This document shows, piece by piece, positions 1 through 6,157 of a stretch of DNA of 24,562 nucleotides (position 1 is the first letter of the stretch; every line of letters begins with the position of its first letter). Position numbers and translations under genes: made by a program. The notes under the pieces are model-generated. The model made no database searches and was not told the origin of the DNA. It saw only the letters and a list, made by a program, of their open reading frames with translations. The stretch comes from Candidatus Krumholzibacteriia bacterium (GTDB lineage: Bacteria; Krumholzibacteriota; Krumholzibacteriia; WVZY01): NCBI GenBank assembly GCA_036478295.1, contig JAZGDW010000277.1:1-24562 (forward strand), read 5' to 3'.

Positions 1-80
1 ATCAAACCCACGAGGGCGCGTACGCGAAGCGGCGCATTGCTCCGGCGGGTCGGCTTTTTCTTGCGCTTTTTCTTTGGCAT
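1..80 (-). CDS. Probable 5' end of a gene running off the left edge (MPKKKRKKKPTRRSNAPLRVRALVGL...), product unknown
   Basis: ATG at 80-78 opens a frame with no stop before the window edge, so it is absent from the ORF track. It has a basic N-terminus like the pdxA start in this window and lies about 30 nt downstream of a sigma70-like -10 box. No clear SD. Confidence 0.5.
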   Translation of the reverse strand, partial: MPKKKRKKKPTRRSNAPLRVRALVGL

Positions 81-107
81 TGTTCTACGGGGAAATGCGG
101 CGCGGGG

Positions 108-137
108 AGCATAACGGGAGCCACCGAGGGGCGACAA
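108..137 (-). promoter_or_regulatory. Candidate sigma70 promoter TTGTCG-N18-TATGCT for the gene starting at 80
   Basis: -35 TTGTCG at 137-132, -10 TATGCT at 113-108, 18-nt spacer. It lies downstream of the terminator at 326-353, where a new promoter is expected. Confidence 0.4.
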
Positions 138-150
138 GGGAAAATCCCTC

Positions 151-325
151 GCGGATCGGTGAGCGCCCCGGGTGACGCCGGGGGTGCAGGCGCGAAGTGG
201 ATCCGTGCGCCCAACGGACGCCGGGGCCGCCGGCACCAAGCGGATCGGTGCACGCTCCGCGGACGCCGGCACGAAGTGGTACAGGCGAGCGTACCGTCAC
301 CGGGGGTAGTACAGCGGGGTACCAC
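151..325. repeat. Degenerate intergenic tandem repeat, about 3.5 copies of a 36-46 bp unit
   Basis: GYGGATCSGTG at 151-161, 197-207 and 240-250. GACGCCGG at 174-181, 217-224 and 262-269. GGCRCSAAGYGG at 189-200, 232-243 and 268-279. A more diverged tail follows to 325. Confidence 0.6.
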
Positions 326-353
326 AAAAAACCGCCCGGCGCGCCGCCGGGCG
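326..353 (-). terminator. Rho-independent terminator after the lipoprotein gene 372-1013
   Basis: Perfect 9-bp stem CGCCCGGCG (333-341) / CGCCGGGCG (345-353) with a 3-nt loop, followed on the - strand by GTTTTTT (332-326). It starts 18 nt after the stop codon. Confidence 0.85.
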
Positions 354-371
354 TCTGTGTACGGGTGTCTA

Positions 372-1013
372 CTAGAGATCGTCGCGCCAGGAGACCAGAC
401 GGTAGATGCTGTCGCCCTCCAGCTCGGTAAAGTGGATCACGAAGGACGCCTGCAACGTTGTCGCATTCTGGAAGGTGAAATCGCCGCCGGCCCTGACCAC
501 GAGTTTATAGTCCACTGTTTTCTCGTACCATACCTCGCCGGGGTGGACATTGTCGTCGATCTGCTGGTTCCACGCAACGTCTCCGGGCGGAAATTCCATG
601 GTGAGCGAGATGCGGCTGATCGGTCCCGGATCGGTGATCGATCCGTCCGGGTTCGTGTGCGGCGCCGGGTCGAACGTCGGGTCGAACATGTGCCCCGTCG
701 CGAGCAGCTCGGACGCGCGGTCCCAGTTCGCGGACTGAACGTTGCCCGAGGTGACGTCTTCTGGCGAGAAGAAGAACGTAAATCCGAAGTTTACGTCCAG
801 CAGCTTGTCGTACTGGTTGAGGTTACGCTCGTTGTAGGCCTTCTTCAAATTGGAGAGAACGTGGTCCTTTTCCTTGAGCGACTCGTACGGCACCCTGGGA
901 GGTGGGTCCCCCCCGGAGCCCTCTTCCGCATTGAAGATGCAGGCGTTGAACGCCAGCATACCCAGTGAGAGTACGGCCAATGTCAGTGCATTCTTGAGGC
1001 TGATTCGGGTCAT
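372..1013 (-). CDS. Hypothetical lipoprotein, probable NTF2/SnoaL-like fold (213 aa); paralog of 1165-1752
   Basis: Start revised to the ATG at 1013 (MTRISLKNALTLAVLSLGMLAFNA-C): the longer ORF start overlaps the promoter, AAAGGA lies upstream, and it gives a lipoprotein-type signal ending in Cys. The pattern VLSNLKKAYNERNLNQYDKLLD..FTF...W....E followed by long beta-strands ending YRLVSWRD resembles NTF2-like folds (inference). Confidence 0.8.
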   Translation of the reverse strand: MTRISLKNALTLAVLSLGMLAFNACIFNAEEGSGGDPPPRVPYESLKEKDHVLSNLKKAYNERNLNQYDKLLDVNFGFTFFFSPEDVTSGNVQSANWDRASELLATGHMFDPTFDPAPHTNPDGSITDPGPISRISLTMEFPPGDVAWNQQIDDNVHPGEVWYEKTVDYKLVVRAGGDFTFQNATTLQASFVIHFTELEGDSIYRLVSWRDDL

Positions 1014-1061
1014 GGCGACCGTGGTCCTTTCCGGTGTGTAGCGACACGTTCCGGTATGGGA

Positions 1062-1090
1062 AATGTAGCACATCCGCACCGAAACGTCAA
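1062..1090 (-). promoter_or_regulatory. Sigma70 promoter TTGACG-N17-TACATT with extended -10 TG
   Basis: -35 TTGACG at 1090-1085, -10 TACATT at 1067-1062, 17-nt spacer, TGn immediately before the -10. It is intergenic, about 50 nt upstream of the ATG at 1013. Confidence 0.75.
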
Positions 1091-1164
1091 GACACCCGCT
1101 TGGTTAACTTGTTTCATTCCAATAAACTACTACTCTCCATCTCACGAATCACCGCTGCATGCTC

Positions 1165-1752
1165 CTACTGCCGCAGCGACCCCCGCAAGAAACCCCAGGT
1201 GGCGAAACCCGACACCCGCTCGATGTCCTCCCAGCGAACCAGCTGCCACCCCTTGCTACCATCCTGCATATCGAACTGGGCTTTGCCGCGGATGGTATCC
1301 GGGGGCGCGGTCGGACTGGTCACGATTAATTCATAATCCACGCGAAAATCGGCGAATGGATTTTGATCACGAATCTGCTCCCGGTTGCTGAATGAGACCT
1401 GGAGGCTGCTCGACTCCGAGGTTAGCCTGTCCACGACAGTCTTTTCCACATCCGCGGTCCAGTTGTCGAACTTGCCCGTCAGTGTCGGGTTGTTGGCGTC
1501 TTCGGGCAGCGGCACGAAGGTGAAGTTGTCGTGAATGCTCCGCGTATAATTGACGCCGTTGAGCTCTTCGAGGCCGCTCACCATATTGAGAAATACGCGG
1601 CTGGGGACGCTGGGCACCTGCCACGTGGACGGGTTCGCGCCCGGGTCCTCCGCGTCCCGCGTGTCGAACAGGCAGCCGGACAGCAGCCCCAGGGTGAGTG
1701 CCGCCGCCACCGGGAACAGCCGTCGAATTATTGTCTCGAGCCGGGTATCCAT
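1165..1752 (-). CDS. Hypothetical lipoprotein, probable NTF2/SnoaL-like fold (195 aa)
   Basis: Lipobox LSG-C after a hydrophobic segment. AGAGG lies upstream, and the ATG is 9 nt after the barrel stop. It shares motifs with 372-1013 (FTF...PED, NW....E, VDY.L.V, W.LV.W.D). Confidence 0.85.
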   Translation of the reverse strand: MDTRLETIIRRLFPVAAALTLGLLSGCLFDTRDAEDPGANPSTWQVPSVPSRVFLNMVSGLEELNGVNYTRSIHDNFTFVPLPEDANNPTLTGKFDNWTADVEKTVVDRLTSESSSLQVSFSNREQIRDQNPFADFRVDYELIVTSPTAPPDTIRGKAQFDMQDGSKGWQLVRWEDIERVSGFATWGFLRGSLRQ

Positions 1753-1761
1753 GATGCCTCT

Positions 1762-3678
1762 TTAGAATGCGTACTTCACGCTTGAATCCATGATCCAGTA
1801 GCTCTCCTGCTCCTCGCTATTGAACCGCCCAAAACGGTTCACCTTCCGGAGCTTGACGTTGAGGTTCTTCTCCGTACCCCACCGGTAAGCACCCTCTATG
1901 CCGATTTCCAGACCGCCGTCGATAAAAACCGTGGCGTTGCCGGCGCCGAACTGGTCCCGGCGCCGGCTGTACTCGTTCTTGCCCAGCAGCGTCAGGTGGG
2001 AATTTATCTTGTAGCGAAAGCTGACGTTCATCTGATCGCGGCGGTCTTCCTGCTCGATGTTGAGCAGGCGCTCCTCACCGGGCGCCGGACGAAGGTAGCT
2101 GCCCCGGTCGTGCAGCAGGAGCTGATAGTACAACTCTGTGGAGAGCGCCTTGCTGAGCCTGGAGCGGACCGTATTGCTGAATATGAAGTTGCGGTCGAGA
2201 AAGTTATTATTCTCGTCGAAATCGAACTCGGTCAGCTCGAGGTTCAGTCCATAGGTTTGTTTGATCTGGATGCGATCGTTCAACGTGTACGTCAGCTCCG
2301 GCCGAAAGTCGTACGTCGTCTCCGCTCGGTTGTTTTGCGAGAGACTGCCGTCGATATTCACAAAGTCCGTCTGGTTGAGCGCCAGATAAATCGACGCGGT
2401 AATCTTCGGAAACGGCTTCGAGTTTATCTTGAGGTTCATGAACTGGTCCAGCTGGTCGCGGTCGCGCGGGTTGATCTCGAAATCGAGGAAAAACGCCTGG
2501 CTGATGGAAGCCCCGGTCTGGAAGTTGAACGTGAACGTCGGGGTGAAGCTATGTGCCAGAGTCAACCTCGCCCCGCGACGCTCGTCGCGAAAACTGCCCA
2601 ACGACTGCGGCCCGAGGTCATTCAGCACCTCCCGCCTCTCTATCCGCGCGTCGACATTCGTCGCCCGCCCCATCTTATAACTGACTTCTGCGCGCAGGAC
2701 GTCGGTGACCCGCCGGTTGAAGCGCGTTTTTGCCACGAGAAAGTCGCTGACGCTCTCGTTGTGCTGACCGGTGAGCTTAAGTTCCACGGCGTCCAGGGGG
2801 TGGGTTGTGGCGTTCAACGTCAAATCGTCCAGGGTTCGTGTCTCGACCTCGCGGTTCAAGTTGTCTCTGAACTGCACTTCCTGAAATACCCCGCGGGGCA
2901 GGTCCATGAACTCGTTGCTCCGCGTGGCCTGGCTGTAATCCACCGAGAAGAAGGCATCGTCCGTCAGCGTGACATCCAGCCTGGCCACGAGACTGTCCTC
3001 GTCTACCCCGAGGCCCTTATTGGTACGCCCCCCCGTGTCCGCGGAGTCGTCGCTCTTGCTAAAAGAACCACGCCCCTTTAGTTTTACGCGGCTGCCAAAA
3101 TTGTAGCCGAGCTGACCGTGGACGGAACCCCGGCGGCTCTGATCTTCGAGAAAAGTCTGCTCGCTTTTTCTTACGCTGGCCGACGTCCCTCCGGTGAACG
3201 CGACACGCCTGGGGAGCATCCGCGTATAGGTAACGGTCGCCGCCGCGGTTTGCGAATCGTTCTTGAAATCCTGGATATCATTCGAAAACGTCACCAGCCG
3301 GTTGAAGAACCGGCTGTCGGAGACCCTGCCGTTCACGGCAAGGCCGGTGGCAAGCGGCATCGTTACGTTGAAGCTCAAGTTTCTGGAGTTGTCCGCGCGG
3401 TCCTGCAGGCGATAGGTGGTTTCGTTGACCCGCAGGTTGGTGCTGACGACCCAACCGTTGCGCAGCAGCACCGTGGAACCGACCTGGTTCGTCATGTTGA
3501 TCGAACTGACGTTGCCCTTGATGGAACCGTTGTACGAGTTCTTGAACTTGTACCGGGGCCTGGTCTCCTGCACCGCGCCGGATAGCGAATCGAGCTGCGC
3601 GTGGGCCTCTGACGTGGAGCCCAGACCCCAGAATAGAGCACTCAATAGAACCAATATATGAGGGATACGTCTTGTCAT
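1762..3678 (-). CDS. Uncharacterised large outer-membrane beta-barrel protein (638 aa)
   Basis: Start revised to the ATG at 3678, 8 nt after the ksgA stop (the 4128 start overlaps ksgA). Sec signal peptide MTRRIPHILVLLSALFWGLGSTSEAHA-Q. Alternating polar/hydrophobic strands with short turns run throughout. The C-terminus YWIMDSSVKYAF (terminal Phe, Tyr at -3) is a typical BAM beta-signal. Confidence 0.85.
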   Translation of the reverse strand: MTRRIPHILVLLSALFWGLGSTSEAHAQLDSLSGAVQETRPRYKFKNSYNGSIKGNVSSINMTNQVGSTVLLRNGWVVSTNLRVNETTYRLQDRADNSRNLSFNVTMPLATGLAVNGRVSDSRFFNRLVTFSNDIQDFKNDSQTAAATVTYTRMLPRRVAFTGGTSASVRKSEQTFLEDQSRRGSVHGQLGYNFGSRVKLKGRGSFSKSDDSADTGGRTNKGLGVDEDSLVARLDVTLTDDAFFSVDYSQATRSNEFMDLPRGVFQEVQFRDNLNREVETRTLDDLTLNATTHPLDAVELKLTGQHNESVSDFLVAKTRFNRRVTDVLRAEVSYKMGRATNVDARIERREVLNDLGPQSLGSFRDERRGARLTLAHSFTPTFTFNFQTGASISQAFFLDFEINPRDRDQLDQFMNLKINSKPFPKITASIYLALNQTDFVNIDGSLSQNNRAETTYDFRPELTYTLNDRIQIKQTYGLNLELTEFDFDENNNFLDRNFIFSNTVRSRLSKALSTELYYQLLLHDRGSYLRPAPGEERLLNIEQEDRRDQMNVSFRYKINSHLTLLGKNEYSRRRDQFGAGNATVFIDGGLEIGIEGAYRWGTEKNLNVKLRKVNRFGRFNSEEQESYWIMDSSVKYAF

Positions 3679-3686
3679 GTCCTGCA

Positions 3687-4541
3687 CTACAGTCCCACCG
3701 CCTGCTCTCCCTGCGCCATGCCGGTGAGGGCTCGGGATATTTCCAGGAATTCTTCTTTCGACAACATTTCCGGCCGCTTGTCCAGGTCGATGGCCGTAGA
3801 TTCCCGCAGCCGTCTCAGCTCGGGCACCGACAGTGAATAGGATGCTCGCAGCGTGTTGTAGATGGTCTTTCTTCTCTGCTGAAACAGGTTTTTTACCACG
3901 CCCACGAAATGTTTCCGTTCGCGGGGCGTGACCAGCGGCACTTCCAGACGATCGAACCCGATAACGATCGAGTCGACTTTGGGCCGGGGCGTAAACGAAC
4001 CGGCAACGACCCTGAACAGCGAGCGTACCGAATACAAACTCTGGAGAATCACGCTGGGTATTCCGTATGTGCGACTGCCGGGCGGCGCCGCGATGCGCTC
4101 GCCCACCTCTCGCTGCATCATCAAGCATGCCGAATCGATCATCTCGGACTCGTCGACCAGAAACGAAAACAACACCTCGCGAGTCAAGTGATACGGGATG
4201 TTGCCGATGAGCATGCAGCCCGTCAGCCCGCGCTCGGCGAGGAGGCTGGTGAGCGACACCCGTGTGAAATCTTCATTGATGATTTCCACCCTTGTGCCGG
4301 ACTCCAGGGAGACCGTGGTCTCCAGCTCGGCGGCCAGCTCGCGGCACAGGTCCCGGTCCAGTTCGAACGCGATCAGCCGCACGCCGAGGTCCGCCAGCGG
4401 CCGGGTGAGAAATCCCCGGCCCGCGCCCAGCTCGACCACCGTTTGCCCCGACACCAGGTTCGCCGCATTGATCAGTTTTCTGGCAATCCCGGGGTCATGC
4501 AGGAAATTCTGTCCGAACCGCTTCTTGGGACGAGATGCCAT
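3687..4541 (-). CDS. rsmA: 16S rRNA adenine dimethyltransferase RsmA/KsgA
   Basis: KKRFGQNFL, ELGAGRG (SAM-binding), ELD, GNIPY, MMQREVGERI, FTPRPKVDS, FQQRRKTI and RPE motifs. Confidence 0.97.
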   Translation of the reverse strand: MASRPKKRFGQNFLHDPGIARKLINAANLVSGQTVVELGAGRGFLTRPLADLGVRLIAFELDRDLCRELAAELETTVSLESGTRVEIINEDFTRVSLTSLLAERGLTGCMLIGNIPYHLTREVLFSFLVDESEMIDSACLMMQREVGERIAAPPGSRTYGIPSVILQSLYSVRSLFRVVAGSFTPRPKVDSIVIGFDRLEVPLVTPRERKHFVGVVKNLFQQRRKTIYNTLRASYSLSVPELRRLRESTAIDLDKRPEMLSKEEFLEISRALTGMAQGEQAVGL

Positions 4542-4665
4542 ACCTATCCCGCAGGGAGAGTGCTAAACCAAATTAATATATAGAGTTACGTCTGAGAATC
4601 AGACAAGAAACACAACGTTGGTAGCAGAGTCAGCTCGGGGAACAACCTCCAGAAGTCCGTAAGAG

Positions 4666-4683
4666 TGCGCTAATTATAGCGCA
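4666..4683. promoter_or_regulatory. Inverted repeat TGCGCTA-N4-TAGCGCA overlapping the -10 box; candidate operator
   Basis: Perfect 7-bp arms at 4666-4672 and 4677-4683 straddling the -10 hexamer (4673-4678). Confidence 0.5.
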
Positions 4684-4701
4684 GATACGCGCCCAAGTCA
4701 A
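4673..4701 (-). promoter_or_regulatory. Near-consensus sigma70 promoter TTGACT-N17-TATAAT upstream of rsmA
   Basis: -35 TTGACT at 4701-4696, -10 TATAAT at 4678-4673, 17-nt spacer. 11 of 12 consensus positions match in a GC-rich background. Confidence 0.88.
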
Positions 4702-4786
4702 GGCCGCGAACGGCACCCGTTTGTAGCAAGTTTCGTGCTGCAACCGGTGCCCGCCTGGGGCGCCGCGAGGGTGCCGGCGGCATCTG

Positions 4787-5674
4787 TCATTTTACCAGCT
4801 CGGGGAGCGCCCGCACGAACGACTTCGGCTCGATGTGAAAGGTCTTCACGTAGTGGTCGATCTCGCACACGTTATCCTCGGCGAGCATGCGAAGCTGGTC
4901 TGTCGTCAGCGGAAACGCTTCGAAGCGCTCCATAATCTTGACCGGCGGGCGAACCGACCACATGGGAACGTTCAGCGTCTTGATCGGGCGGCCCATCGCC
5001 GTGGCTATCTTGTGCACGATGCTGCTGAAAGAGAGCCGGTCGGGGCCACCCAACTCGAAGGTCTGCCCCTGGGTCTCCGGCATGGCGAGCGCAGCGGTGA
5101 CGCACGCGCTGGTGTCCTCCAGCGCCACCGGCTGAAAGAGCGACTTGCCGCCGCCGATGAGCGGCACAATGGGTTTTTGGATGAGGGAAATAACCTGCCG
5201 GGTGAACGCGTCACCCGCTCCGAATATCAGCGACGGTCGAAAAATCGTCCACCGCAGCGGTGATTCCTTGACTGCCTGCTCGCTGGCGTATTTTGTCTGG
5301 TGGTAAAACGATCTCGCGCCTTGTTTCACACCCAGGGCGCTCATGTGTATGAACCGCTCGACCCCCATTTGCCGCGCGGCGTCCAGAATATTCGTCGTAG
5401 CCACGCTATGGTACTGCTCGAAGGTCACGCCCCTCGATCGATGCTCGCGAATGATCCCCACGAGATGCACGACACCGGCAACACCGTCGCACGCGCGTAA
5501 GCACGCGTTGGTGTTGAAGATATTGCCCTGCACGATCTCGTAAGCATCGGAGTTCGTGACCTTGTGCTCGCTTCCCTGCCTCACCAGGAGGCGAACGTCG
5601 TGCCCCGCTTCTCTCAACGACTCACGGACCTTGCTACCTACATAACCGGTTCCACCGGTCACCAGTACTTTCAT
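4787..5674 (-). CDS. NAD(P)-binding SDR/epimerase, complex I NDUFA9-like family
   Basis: TGGTGYVG Rossmann motif, HLVGII.E, HMSALG, YHQTK (YxxxK), RPSLIFG, FELGGPD. Purine-rich SD region upstream. Confidence 0.9.
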   Translation of the reverse strand: MKVLVTGGTGYVGSKVRESLREAGHDVRLLVRQGSEHKVTNSDAYEIVQGNIFNTNACLRACDGVAGVVHLVGIIREHRSRGVTFEQYHSVATTNILDAARQMGVERFIHMSALGVKQGARSFYHQTKYASEQAVKESPLRWTIFRPSLIFGAGDAFTRQVISLIQKPIVPLIGGGKSLFQPVALEDTSACVTAALAMPETQGQTFELGGPDRLSFSSIVHKIATAMGRPIKTLNVPMWSVRPPVKIMERFEAFPLTTDQLRMLAEDNVCEIDHYVKTFHIEPKSFVRALPELVK

Positions 5675-5725
5675 CGCTTCGACTTCCTTTCCTCTGCCGC
5701 CCCCGCGCCTGCCGCAAAACTGTTT

Positions 5726-6157
5726 CTAGTGCTTTGCCTCGTCATCCACGTGCTCGGACTTCACGCCGCAGATCGGACAGGCGCCCAGCCCGGAAGAATA
5801 CTGAATGTGACAATCCGAACACACAGAGGTATCGTCCCCCGTGGCCGCAAGCATGTCGAACGCATCGTCTTTTTCATCAGCCGGTACGTAAAGCTCTATG
5901 TTTTCTTCATCCGTTTCAACAACCAGGGAGGTAATACCGGCGTCCTCGAGCAGGTATCGTCTCTGCGCCAGGGCCGAAGTCTCCGAGTAAAAACCAATGA
6001 GCGCCCATTCCGCCTCGTCTTCGAGATCCTGATGGAGGGCACAAATCATCGAGTTGAAAACGTCCCGGTAGCAATCGCTGCAAACGGTCCGTTCACAAAT
6101 CGCGCATTTGCCGATCGGACTTCCTTCTGTATGTTCGCATCCGTGTTCCATGCTCAT
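5726..6157 (-). CDS. Hypothetical zinc-binding protein: B-box-like finger + DUF2007-like core + C-terminal zinc ribbon (143 aa)
   Basis: N-terminal C-x-H-x8-C-x2-C-x4-C-x2-C-x9-C-x2-H. Central LLEDAGI...IELYVP..E...A pattern. C-terminal CSDC-x10-CPIC. ATGA overlap with the tatD stop. Confidence 0.8.
   Translation of the reverse strand: MSMEHGCEHTEGSPIGKCAICERTVCSDCYRDVFNSMICALHQDLEDEAEWALIGFYSETSALAQRRYLLEDAGITSLVVETDEENIELYVPADEKDDAFDMLAATGDDTSVCSDCHIQYSSGLGACPICGVKSEHVDDEAKH

Noticed and set aside
151..325. Possible CRISPR array
   Set aside because: There is no identical 23-47 bp repeat separated by unique spacers; conserved blocks are short and interleaved, and no cas genes are present.
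2..327. - strand ORFs 2-325 and 85-327
   Set aside because: They start within the terminator tail, run through the intergenic repeat, and have Pro/Arg/Ala-rich non-coding-like composition. The third frame (ATG at 80) is more plausible.
115..400. Cobalamin riboswitch-like words on the + strand (GAGCCACCG near 118, GCCAGGAGACC near 386)
   Set aside because: The B12-box-like word lies antisense inside a CDS, far from the other word. The core layout is missing and no + strand gene follows.
3679..4128. N-terminal 150 codons of the 788-aa ORF (possible overlapping gene or ksgA-barrel frameshift fusion)
   Set aside because: This is an alternative frame of ksgA. A clean signal peptide starts at ATG 3678, ksgA is full-length, and no slippery site is evident.
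4540..4566. HrcA CIRCE operator
   Set aside because: Only the right half-site GAGTGCTAA is present. The position for TTAGCACTC reads ATACCTATC, so the TTAGCACTC-N9-GAGTGCTAA dyad is absent.
4725..4740. Sigma54 promoter-like CAGCACGAAACTTGCT on the - strand
   Set aside because: The invariant -24 GG is AG, and a near-perfect sigma70 promoter lies immediately downstream.
5800..5825. CSDCH (CxxCH) haem-c motif in the 143-aa protein, tempting as a cytochrome partner of an MtrB-like barrel
   Set aside because: The protein has no export signal, and the motif is the first half of a CxxC-x10-CxxC zinc ribbon.
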